64,000 nt of DNA, from assembly GCA_012295275.1 (NCBI GenBank), contig CM022665.1, forward strand, positions 26,536,001 to 26,600,000, in the 5' to 3' direction. Positions within the stretch are counted from its first letter, which is position 1, and each line of letters starts with the position of its first letter. Positions 15,231 through 28,700 of this stretch are shown piece after piece. The position numbers and the translations under genes are program-made. Below the pieces are notes generated by a model, which was not told the origin of the DNA, made no database searches, and saw nothing but the letters and a program-made list of their open reading frames with translations. This DNA is from Chrysomallon squamiferum. Its lineage: Eukaryota > Animalia > Mollusca.

Positions 15231-18200
15231 AATTAGTATAAACATTTTGATTTATAGATATTAAAAATTTAAATCACTTTTGAAAAATAACAGTTTATTT
15301 TATTTCAAACCTTTAGCTCATCTCCTACAAAGTAAAACATTTGGGGGCCTTCAATCAAGGAAAACATGTGATGTTGATTTCTGTCAGGGTCTACACCTTT
15401 CACCTTAGCCACAGTGATGTCTGCTGAGTTTTCGTCTACTTTTATTAGACCATCAATTTTACCATTCACCAAAATATCCTGTTAAAAACACAATATATAA
15501 TTTTCGGGTAAATTTTTTTTGTAACTTATTTGTAAAAATATGAACACAGAAACTGAAAGACTGAAAACTGTTATAAATTTGAAAAATGCCTAATTTGAAG
15601 ATTAAGAGTGCTTTTATATTGTTTTAAATTCTATCAATAAATTACCAAAACATTATTAATATTATTAACTGTGAACATGAGCTCACTGAAAATATAATGG
15701 AATTGAATAAACAGATTACATTTCATGTATTTTTTAAAAGGTATTCTTATTCTCCTTTACAAAATTTGTAAGAGGAAAAAGTAAATGAATGTAGCCAACT
15801 GCATAAACAAATTTAAAAAATTAAAAAAGGATCAAAACCTATTTTTGTTTCTCAGTTTATTTAATTCAATATAAAACATACAGTTGGGGGATCGTTTTCA
15901 TCATGAATTGTGAAGTTGAATATTTTTTTCAGTTGTAATCCTGCTTTGTCAGTGACTGTAACATCTGCTGAAAACTTTGATTTAGTTTCAAAATCAAAAA
16001 CTGCTTTTGTCTTCATCTCGGCTATACATCGACTCCCCTGAAATAAAACAGATTCATGTACTTATTCTAACTGATGCAGACACATATGGCATTCTCTCCA
16101 CATTTTTAGGTGACTGATATTTATTTATATGAATAATAAAATAATTTTTTTCTTTAAAAACTATATCCATTGCTATAAAGATGTTCCCTGTTTCTGAAAT
16201 ATTGAAATTATTCTTATATCAAATAAATAAGAATAATTTTTTTTCTTGATAAAACTAAAAAATTTAATCTGATAAATTTAATTTTTTAATATCAAGAATT
16301 TTATATTTATTTTTTTTGTGATAAGAAGCAATATACACCAATTAGAAAATAAATGAAGTTTATCTTTAAAAAAAAAGAAGTTACAAGTTATATATATCAC
16401 AGATATTCTGAAATTAGCATAACAGTTTATTTGTAAAATTATGTTATATAAACACTAAACATTTATAACTGAAAAACATTATTTAATTTAAAAAATAACA
16501 TTTTATATCAAACTAAAATATCTGAAAGAAAATGTCTGGGAGAAAATAAATTTCCAGTACAAATCAGTTACTTTGGATAGAGTGAGGCAGCTGACTGGAC
16601 CAAAACCAATCAAACCACTTGATGTAGCTGCAGATACATCTTCATTAAAGTCAGGGTCAACCACCATAATTTGACCAATCAAAGTCCCTTCTGGCTGGTT
16701 CTCCTTCACGACTGGCTGATCAACAGGAAATGTCAAATACTTGCCTCCCCTTATTGGTTCTATTCTTAAACTGCTGGGTTTTTCATCCTCATCCTTCACT
16801 CTAATTACAAATTTTTTTTCTGACTGTGAAAATAAAAATTATCTGATATAAGTAATTTAATCAGAAAAATATATTTCTTAAAAATTGTTAAAATAAGGAA
16901 TGATTTAATAATTAATGAGTAACACTAACTGATATAATTTTCATATTAAAAATTTAGCATAAAGATCCAGTTAAAAATAATAATGATTATTTTATGAGGC
17001 CATGATGCTATACTTTATATTTTTATACGTGCGGTTCAGAAGGTATTTTAAATTATACTGTTCTGGACATTTTTATTTATCATTCCACTGATTTAATCAT
17101 TTTTATCTGACAGTAAAACAGAAATTGCTGTTAATTATTCTTTTGACAGTGATTCCTGAACAACCAGATTAATAAATTAAGTTTCCTTTTTTCTATGTAC
17201 TTCAAAAGCTTTGTTTACCAACATTATTAAACACAAAATATCTTACATGGAGAGGTGGTTTTCCTGAGTCTGTAGCAATCACTGTGATTGTCAAAGTTTT
17301 AGTTTCCTCAAAATCCACCATCTTCTTCAGTATTAGTTCATTTCCTGTAATCTTAAGCCACTCATCAGATTTCACACCTGTTTTCAAAGAGAATGACACT
17401 GTCTGGGCAGGATCCTGGTCCTCTGAGGAGAAAATCCCTATCACAGTTCCAGTCTGAGCATTCTCAGAAACCTCTGCTCCATCTAGATCAGGCAGTGATG
17501 GAGGATCATTGTTATCTAAAACAATGATGGTCAGAACTGAGGTAATACTTAGGGGAGGACTGCCACTGTCTGTAACTTTAACAGTGATGTTATGTGACTT
17601 GGCAGTTTCATAGTCCAGCAGACAATTGACTCCACCTTGTTCTTTGCAATGCAAACCAGACTGAGCCACCTGAAACACACATTTATTATTAAAATATGGA
17701 ATACAAATAAACTTCATTACATAAATACACACACACATACACACACACGATCTCTAAATATACATACATTTATATACATGTTTATTAAAATATTATAAAT
17801 ACAAGCACTACAGAGCTATGCAGTATATAATTATTATTAACTAACCTTCAAGCTATTGTCTTCAATTTTAAAACGTCCTTCAGCATCATTTAGTAGAGAC
17901 AAAGTCAATGTCTGGTTTTTGTCTGGGTCTGATGTAAGCAATTTTCCAATTGTATAATTTGAAGGACTCATTTCCAATACCTACATTAATATAAATAACA
18001 TTACTAAATACATCAATACAAGGTACATAGACAGCAAATGTTTTGCTCAATATTGATAAACAAGTTTCAGAGATCTAACGTGAATCACCTAATTTTGCTA
18101 TCCATGTTTCTCTTTTTATTTAGTATTAAATTTTAGGTGTTTTTGCTAATCAAAATTTTTAATCTAAAATATTCCCAGATTAATTTCTTATAATTAACAC

Positions 18201-19199
18201 TAATTATGAAACAAAAATATTGTAACAGGAATAAGGCTGGGAAAATGTTTATTACTCAATATCTGTGAATGAATAGACAGACTAACTAGATAGCAATAAA
18301 ACAAATATATATAAATATTTTTAAAACTATATGCTATGAGGTTTCAGAGTGACAATAAAAATTATAAATAGCAGATGACTTACTTTGTTATTTGACAGAG
18401 TAACCTTTGCTGGTGGTTCATTAACATCCTGAACTCTGACAGGAAATAATTTTTCAAAAAATAATCCACTTTGATCTGTGACCTTCACCTTCAGGTTTAT
18501 ATTGGAATTACTCTCAAAATTAATGTCTGCATCTGTACAATGAAAATAATTTTGTCAATAGTGAGTGACCTTTTGATAATTTGGTGCTGTAAGGAAACAG
18601 AAGTATTAAATTAATATAAGTAAAATTAGTTTAAGGTATAGAAATTCAAAATAGTCAGTCTGCATAAATTGTTTTTAGAACAGATGTCAAATTTTTATTT
18701 TTATTTTACAAACTAACAAGATATGCTTGTTTCCTGACTTCTATAATGATAATTTAAATTAATTTTTTGAAACTTAAAATAACAATATTAAAATATGTAT
18801 TTAGAAATAAATATATCTTCATTTTCATTTAACACATTTCCCTAAATTATTTGTATGTTCTCTGTGATATTACAACAAAAATTCTATAACTTTAAGATAA
18901 AGAAATCCATAAAAGTCACCTTTAGCAGTTGACAGAAAACCATTCTTTGCCAGGACAAAACCAGGGTAATCTGAGGTCAAGGTGAAGGTCATAGAATTTT
19001 TGGCATCTGGATCTGAAGCTAAGAAGGCACCAATTTCTTCACCTTTGGAATTTTCTTCAACAACAATCTCACCTCCACTGAAGGTCAAATCCTTTCAAAA
19101 AGATTTATTAATATTAATAAATATTCTTATACTGTTTGTTATTATTGAAAATAACATAAATTGTTTTGTTTAAATTAGTAAATTAGTGTACATATATAT

Positions 19200-19234
<35 letters not shown>

Positions 19235-22116
19235 TTAATATGATATTTTAAATTAACATGTATTCATAAATTTGTATATTATTGGAGTGATAGTTAATCA
19301 GCAACAATGAATAGATGAACAGACAGAATGGACAAAAAATGAAGTATAAGGTTTGGAGAATGAGATCAAAATACAGAATAAATAAATGAACAAACAAACA
19401 AATAAACTTATGCTCACAGTAGGTGCCTCGTTGACATCAGAGACTTGTATTGAAAATGTTTCTGTTGACTGAAGACCATTTTTGTCAGTTGCTCGGACAA
19501 CTATGGAGAATGTCTGCTTCAGTTCAAAGTCAACTGGTGAAGCTAACACCAGATCTATAGTACACAATGTGCCACTTCCCTGATACAGTGAGAGAAATTT
19601 AAATATAATGTGTACATTTTTATGACAGACATATCATTTATACAAAATAGTATTAGGGTGTGAAATATCTTTAGTTATATCAACAATAAAAAAAACCTTA
19701 ATTTTTTTTTAATAAAAATAATTATACAGAGAGACAGAGACAGAGAAAGAGAGAGAGAATGATAAAATATTTTGATCCATAACCTTCAAATACTCACACA
19801 CACACACACACAGACACACATATATTTTATAAAAATTAATAAATTACCTTAGGCAGACATTTTGCTGTATCTTTAGTATTGAAATGTCCTTCTCCATTAT
19901 CCAGAAAAGTAAATGTTATTAATTCATCAGCATCCATGTCAACAGCAGAAATTATGCCAACAACATCACCCACTTTGGCATCTTCTCTAACCACTGGAGC
20001 ATTAAGAGAAAATTCTGAGTTCTTGGATGATATAGAAATATTCTGAGGGGCTTCTTCTGTTCCAGAAACAGCAATGTAGAAAGTACCATCTACCTACAAG
20101 ATGAAAATTTGACATACAGAAATAAACAAAACATTATAAAGGTTAATGCCATAGTCAACTATCAGTTTAGTTTAAGAGAGATAGCATTTATCTTGTTTTT
20201 ATTGACAGTTAATTTATTTCTGAATTTTAAACAATGCTGGAAAATAATCTCAAAATTATTTTCTTTCTAATAAATGTATTAGTATTTTGTCACTTAGAAT
20301 TTTTTTTTTTTTTTTTTTTTATCTATCAAAATCTCCATACTGGCATCTCTTGATATACATTCAGACAAAAAACAAGACCGACACATTATACAGACAAACA
20401 TAAAATAAAGAGACAAAAATGCAGACATATAAACGAAAAACTAATAATTAAGCAAGATTAGGAACAAAAACAAAATCAAGATAATACACTATGTAAAAAT
20501 ACATTTCCAAAACAACAACAAGGAAAACAATACTTACATATTTTGGAACAGTACCACTGTCTGTGGCCCTGATTCTAATCTTGTATGTCAACTTGCTGTC
20601 TAGTCTATCATCTGTTGCCTTCTTTAAAACACCCTGTGGTGTCAGAGAGAACTGAGTATTAGACGTATCAAGCAGAGTAAATTTATGAGATTGTCCAGAA
20701 TCTTCATCTTCCACTGACAACTCTCCAATCTTGGTTCCAGCTTTAGCAAGTTCTTCCACTTTGTTCTCTGAAAATAGAAAATGCACTTTTTTTATCTTTT
20801 TTTAAATTATAGATAAACATTAATTTAAATTTTGATATAGAAAGAAATCATTCATTTTTCTATTAGTGTTGATGCTTCTCTGTCAATGTTCTCTCTCCCT
20901 CTTTGTTTCCCCTCTCTCTTTTTCTGAACCATCAGCTTTTCTGTTATTCTGTAAATCCATTTTCATTCTGTTTTTTATTTTTTTTATTTATCTCTCTGTT
21001 AGTGTTTCTTTTAATAACATTGTAACTCAAAATATACTTTTAATGCTTACAGATGCAGATACAATTTGAAAACAAAGACTACTGAAATATTGGGGCTACT
21101 TCCACACCACCAATATCAGTCTTTGCTATTAAACTACAATTAATTACATATTAGAACGAATAAAGATAGTAAATAAAAAGTTTATCTATTAAAAGTATTA
21201 CTCACTGCTCAGCTTGATGTTATGTGGAGCATCATTGACATCTGTGACAATAACTTGGATGGAAAATCTTCCAGTCTTTGATGGGATTCCGCTGTCAGAC
21301 ACAAGGATATCAATGGAATGGTTCCTGGCTTTTTCATAATTGAGCAGGCACATATCACCTCCATTAGGTCCACATCCCTTACCTGCATTTCCTACCTGAA
21401 CACAGAGTACATTTAAATGAGTGCATTTAGATGGAAGGGCAGAAGCAGTTTTGGATGAATGGATGGATCATAGGAGAAAGGGATACATCAGTGAATTAAA
21501 ATAACTTTACTCACCAGCAGTTTGTCACCTTCTGTTTTGAATCTGTTTTCAGCATTGTTGAGCAGTGTGTAGGAGAAGGTCTGGATGATAGTGTTGATGT
21601 TGTCGGGGTCTGTAGTTCTCAGTATCCCAATCACTGTATTCTCTTCACTGTTCTCCTTCACCTGAGCACAATAGAAAACTGTTGATGATGGCAATTTTCT
21701 AAATTAACAGTTATCATATATAAAATACATTAGTCTTGCATGTCTTATGAAACACCCCAAACACTCACACACACCCACATATTACCCTAAGATAATTCAA
21801 ACAAATATAAACAGACAAGAGAAATTCATCTTACCTTATTTGCAGATAATGAGACTTTGGTTGGAGCCTCATTGAGGTTTCTCACTTTGACTGTGATGTT
21901 TTTATCAACTGACAGAGACCCTGAATCAGTGGCTGTCAACATAATTTTTGCTTTGTTCATCTTCTCATAGTCCAGTGTCTTCAGTAACTAAAACAGAAAT
22001 GATATACATCTATTTTAAATACCACATCATAAAACCTCAGTAACGTTTAAAACACAATGAAACATAAAATAAAATAGATACAATTTTAAGATTTATTATG
22101 AAAGACAAACATTGTT

Positions 22117-22195
<79 letters not shown>

Positions 22196-22672
22196 ATACC
22201 TATATTATACTTTTCAACAAAATACTACCTTAACATTGCACTATATCAGAGTTTAAAAACATTTAATAGCTGAAAGCTCTTGTGAATATTTATATCATAG
22301 TTACTAATAAATTATTAACCAGTTTTCATTGGAAATACATTCTTTAAACATCATTATTTTAAAACAATACAAATAACATTATGTAATAATCTACAAACAT
22401 GGTTTTTAAAAATACAGTAATAAATACAAAGCTTATAATCATGATGTGAAATGTGTTAGACAGTTACATAAAACAAATAATTAAAAACAATAACCTTCAA
22501 ATGGTTTCCACTGATGCTAAAGAAATTATTTAGTTGTGATTTCACAGTGAAGGTATGATTCTGTTCTTTATCTTTGTCTCTGGCAGTTAGAAAGGCAATT
22601 TCAACATTTTTTACATTTTCATCTACAAACACTTCTGACACTGGAAGGTTGTTTATCAGAATATCCTACAAG

Positions 22673-22737
<65 letters not shown>

Positions 22738-25700
22738 TATAATCATAATAATGATAATAATAATTATAACATCAACAATAATAGTGTTAACAATAATAAT
22801 AGTAATAATAATAATAGTAATGTTAACAATAGCAATAACTATAATAGCATAATAATAATAATTTTAATGTAACAAGAGTAACAGTAATAATAATAATAAT
22901 AATAACAAAAATAACTGAATATAATTTTTTTTACAAATTAAAAAGATATTTTAATTAATCTAAATACAGATGTCAGCAATAAAATGACATTTATATTTAT
23001 GCAAATAAAATAATATATATATCTAAGTTATTCTATCTTTTAAAAATTGAAATTAGCTGTCAAGATAATATTTTCAAACAGTTTGAAATTATAGTCAAAT
23101 ACAAACCTCTGGTGGATGATTGACATCCTTAACTTTGACTGAATATATCTTCTCAACAACCAGTCCTAGGTGATCTTCTGCCACAACTGTAAATGAATAG
23201 CTAGGCGTCTGGCCATAATCAAATGAAACTTTGTTCTTTAGTTCAAACACACACACTGTCCCTCCTGTCTGTCTTGTGCTTTTAACACAGTTTCTAGCAT
23301 CAAGCTGAAACACATGATCAAACTTTGAAAGACTTAGTGCAATAGTGTCACCAAAGTCAGGGTCTTCAACAGTCAGTTTGCCAACAATGCTTCCAACTGG
23401 TACGGATTCAGAGACAACCAGTTCCGTAGTTCCAGTAAATGCAGGTGCTTCATTCACATCTGTGACCAAAACTTCAATAACATTCTCCACCTAAAAAAGT
23501 AGCAATATTTATTTTATTTCTATGTCATGTCTGGATGATCATTCTCTAAATGGCTTCAGAAATATGTATGTTATAAAAACAAGCAATCAGTGTAATGTAT
23601 ATGAACTGAAGCAGAATAATTTAACAACTTTATTCATTAAAAATACATGCAATGTATGTGCTTTTCCAAATTTTAATCAGTTTTTTCAGTGCTTAATAAT
23701 AATATTAGTTACACTTGTTTGAAATAGTAAGTTTCTTAATTATCTTGAATACGAATGAATCTTGGGTAAACAACACTGGAAATGTATAGGTGGAACATAT
23801 CTAGGGCCAACCTAGTCCTAACTGAGCTATTTCCCTTTATAGGTAATTTTTGTTTGGTTTTTAATAGGCCAAGGTATAATAATAATAAATGACAGAAAAA
23901 ACATTATTTCATTTATTATGACAATTGACAAGTCTGAAAAACATTATTTCATTTATTATCACAACTGACAAGTCTATCCATAACTAAAAGGAATAAACTA
24001 ATAGATATATAAAATAAATGTCAGTGATTATCAGCATTGTGACTTGAACTCAAACTATCTCTGTGAACTTTGATGACTTTCCCTATATATCATTCAAGAT
24101 AGACTCTTTATTTTCTGAAGTGACAATATTTAATGCTGGCATTGTGAAATTTTCTATACAAAACAACAGTTTACATCAGTGCATGTATTAAAAACAACAT
24201 AATTACTGAGGCTGGGGGTTGTCCATTGTCTGTAGCTTTCACTTTTATGAGATATTTAGAGGTTTCTTCAAAGTTGAATTTTTTTCTGGATACAAGTTCC
24301 TTGTTTCCCTGAATACTGAAAAGTTCTTTCTGGTCCAAAAGAGTGAATGTCAGAGTCTGATTAATATCCTTATCTTCTGCAGAAAGAGATCCTGCAAGTA
24401 AAATAAATACAGATATAAAAAGATAATGTGTATCAAATTATTAATTATAATAATTATATGGATCTGAGAGGGAATCATGAGATGTGTCAAAGAATCTCTA
24501 CATAACAAAATACAGATGAAGCAAAGGAACAAAGTAGCAGCATATTAAAAAGGATAATATAAGATTCTAAATTAAGTGTATATGATATATCAAAACAGTA
24601 AAATGGTATAAATGATAATCCAATAAAAGTATTATATCTTCTGTAAAAGAAGAAAATATGTCTTTGTATTCAATACAAATATTAATATGGGAACAGTTGT
24701 TATGTTTACACTAATATATTGCTGATTGTATAATATTAATGATAATTATATGATTCAAAAATGCTCGTAGCTGTATCATAAATAGTTTACTCTAATCAAC
24801 TTTAATAGAACGTTGCCAACCAGCATTCATCTTGCCACTTGTTTTTCAAAGACCAATGTTCTTTTCTTCAAAATATTAAAACCTGTATATTAAGTGACAG
24901 GGTCACAGTTTCTCTAAACTCCTAGCATGGATTCCTGATGCAAATCTGAGATGTTATCAATTACCTATAACAGTGTTAGGTTGAAGATTTTCTCTGACTG
25001 TGTTACTGGATAGTCTGATATCATGAGGTGCATCATTGGCATCTTCTAACTTTATCACCAATAATTTGTCGACATGCTGCTGTGGAACACCATCATCGGT
25101 CGCCCTGACAACCACCTGCAACTCCGGCTCCTTCAGGTAGTCAAGATAACACAACTCTGTTCCACAGTAAACTGTAGAGGCAGAAACCAGCAAGTTGTTT
25201 CCCTTGATTTTGAATCTTCCTTTAGAACTGTCAATGAGACTGAATTTAATGGCTTGAGTTTTTTTATTTATATTGTCTGGATCATCTGCTGATAATGATC
25301 CGACAATTCTTCCATTTTTACTGTTTTCAGGAATCTGATAAAATACAGAAATAAACAGTTTAAAAGTAAACAAGAAAATAAATGTTATCAACTGAACTAA
25401 GGACATTATAATCATATACAGAATTCGCATTATAATATTACATTTCAGTTTTTTACTTCACTTTACTACATTTCAATTTTTTTAAAAATCACCTCACAGA
25501 AACTATTTCAAACATCATTACTGTCTTTAGTATAAACATAAAGTTGGGCATAATATGCACTAATTAAGGAAATCTGATGATTTTACTCTGGGTTTTTTTA
25601 AAAAACTGTATAAACAGTTATATGTAACAATAAAACATTTAAAAGTTACCTTGTTATCGCTCAGTCGAATGTTAGTTGGTGGTTCATTGACATTGGTTAT

Positions 25701-28700
25701 TTTCACTTGAACAGTTTTCTGAAACTTTAATGGAGGATTTCCATTGTCCTCTACAGTAAGATTTAAACTGAAGGATGGATGTGTCTCATAGTCCAAGGCA
25801 GCAGTAGCTGATGTCTACAAATACAAACAACCTTATGAAAATTATTTACAATGAAACTGCACATCTGAAAATAACAAATTTTAATAAAATAAGCACAAAT
25901 CTGACTTTATAAAGAAATATTTGTTCATTTTGAAAGATTTTTTCAATAAAATTAAATATGACAGTATTTAGTGAAAATGAAAAAAACTTAATAGCATAAA
26001 TATTTACTTTATTCATTAATATGAAAGACCACTAACAGATAATGACACGATAGTTTAGTACAAATAACTTTCAATAAGAATGTTATTTAAATATAATACA
26101 AATGATATAATGCATTTTTTTTATTTAAATGTAATAATTATATGTGATATAACTGAAATTTTATTTCGATATAAGAGAAATGAAATAACTGAAATTGTAT
26201 TTAAATGTAAAATGTATAACTGAAGTTTGACTTTAATATATTCAAATGTAATACAAATAACTAATAAGAATGAATGAGATAATAAAAATCCCATTAATTT
26301 AATAGTAACCTTGATATTATTGTCCTCAATAAAGAACTGGTTTGAACTGCTGCCTGTCAGTTTGTACTTGTGTGTGTCTGTCACATCTTCATCTACAGCA
26401 TGCAGTGTGGCCACGGTTGTTGATTTTGAGTTTTCTGCTACACTGAGCTCTGAGGTTGATTTCCCATCAATGAGAATATCCTAGATTAAAATACAACAAC
26501 TTCTGAATACTAATCTATATTGCTACCATATCGTATTAACATATTTATATAGACTGTTGTAAAATAATAGTTACTTCAGAGAGCAAAGCTTAGTGTTAGT
26601 CTTTGTTTGGGAGACTAGTTATTTCACTAATTATTTTTTTTCCTTTTCAAAACTACATTTTTTTATTTTGATGTCTTTTATAAATTACAAACATTTTATA
26701 TCTATTTCATGACAATAAATAACAGTTTATTTTAACGTAATAATTTTGATATATTTTAGGTTTCTAAATACTTTCAAATGAGAAAAAGAGAGTGGAATTA
26801 GCTTACTTTATTAGTAATAAATATTAACATATCTGAACTAAAAAATGTTAACCAAGTAAGATCTTAGAAATATCCTGTTTTCTATTCCTTGGCGAGCTAA
26901 CTGGAGATGTAAGATATCAACAATGATACCTTAATTTCTCTTTACAAATCCTCTAACACACTAACACTAACCAGGGAAGACAATCCAGGTTTCTGTATGG
27001 TCAATCCAAAACAAATATGCCTTTTTGAATCTTCAGTTTAAAAACTGATGAAAAGACACTATGACTAATATTGCATAGACAAACAACTCAAACTTAACAA
27101 TTGTACCTTGAATCTACAATTGTTGGTAATACACTAACATAATAAAGATAATAAACACAAGCATACAAACTGAGTATTCAAAATAAGTATCTCTTAATCT
27201 GTCTTTGATTATAAACATATTTCAAAATGAATGATAAAACACCGACACTAAAACTGCATAGATAAACAAGTCATACATGTGAACTGTGTGTTGAAAATAA
27301 ATATCTCTTAAACATTCAGAGATTTAAACTCTTTTCAAATGATAACTGACAAAAACTCACTGATGGCCTGTCATTAGTGTTGATGATAACAACACTGACA
27401 GTTCTAGTGACATTTAAACCTTTCTTGTCCTTTGCCATCACTGTCATTTTGATGTTTTTTGTCTTCTCATAATTAAATGGCTTAATCACCACTAAGTCAG
27501 CCTTGCAGTAATTGTTTGTCACCTCCTGCAAAATACACAGGACGGTAATAAAAGTTATGAGTTAGTTACAATGTTAATAATAATTTATTTTTTACAGGTT
27601 CATATTGATTTTTGTTATTTGATGGACAGATTTTTTGAAAAGACTCTTTGTGTGTACAATCATGTCAGTGCATGTATGTCTGAATGTATGAATGGATACA
27701 TGTATTCTTTATTTTTAATCAACATATAAGTTTCACAAAACTGCATCTGTTCAAATAATAACACACACAAAACATTTTTTTTGTTTTGAATGGAAAATGA
27801 AGTATATTACAAACCTGAAGTGCTGAACACCTTTTGTTATTTATTTTGAAGTATTCTGATGGTTTTACTGTCATTTCTACTACATCACCTTTGTCATCAT
27901 CATACACTGCTACAGTCCCAAATACTTCATCTACAAAAATACACAGCTCTTATTATTATTATTATTATTTTATATTAACGAATGTAAATGGACTATTATT
28001 AATTATATTTTAACTATTTATTAAATTTTTTGGATGAATCATGAATGGAAATACTTGTTTCACAATCAGTCAGTATTATTTCAGAATCGTTAGGATTGTT
28101 AAATAAAATCTGTAACAAACTACCTTTAGTGTTTTCTTTGAGTTTTGGTGAATCAGTGTCAAAGGTTAACTGACTGTTGTCTGAGGTTACATGAAGGTCA
28201 TATGGCTTTTCATTAACATCTTGTATTCCAAATACAACTTCTAGAACATTCTGCAAAACACAATATTAGTTATTAGATAGAATTCCACACTAAAAATTCA
28301 ACAGAAGAAACTACCAACTACTATAACAATACATTATCTGCTTTTTCTCTCTGTTCCCAACCTTTTGGATTCAAATTAACACAAAAGCATGGCAATAAAA
28401 CTGAGACAAGGAGTATATATATATATATATATATGGATATTTGTATGGGAAAATCAAGACATGCAGTCCAAAGAGTTACATTCTCTCACATCAAATTTTA
28501 ACTAAATATCTACATTTTAATTTTAACTTTATAAATCACCAACAATTAATTCCTCACTACTTTTAGACTTCTATAAATTTAGTTTAATACATTTTATAAA
28601 TTACTAAAATAAATTCTTCTCCATTTTTTTCTTTTTCTTTTTACAGCAAACTTTTAGATTTAAAATTACAATGTAATAATAATATTTTTGTAATATTTTT

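Noticed and set aside
22574-22852. Poly-Ile, poly-Leu-Ser, poly-Thr and poly-Tyr ORFs here and at e.g. 43783, 49284, 50760, 54313 and 63775
   Set aside because: Translations of microsatellites.
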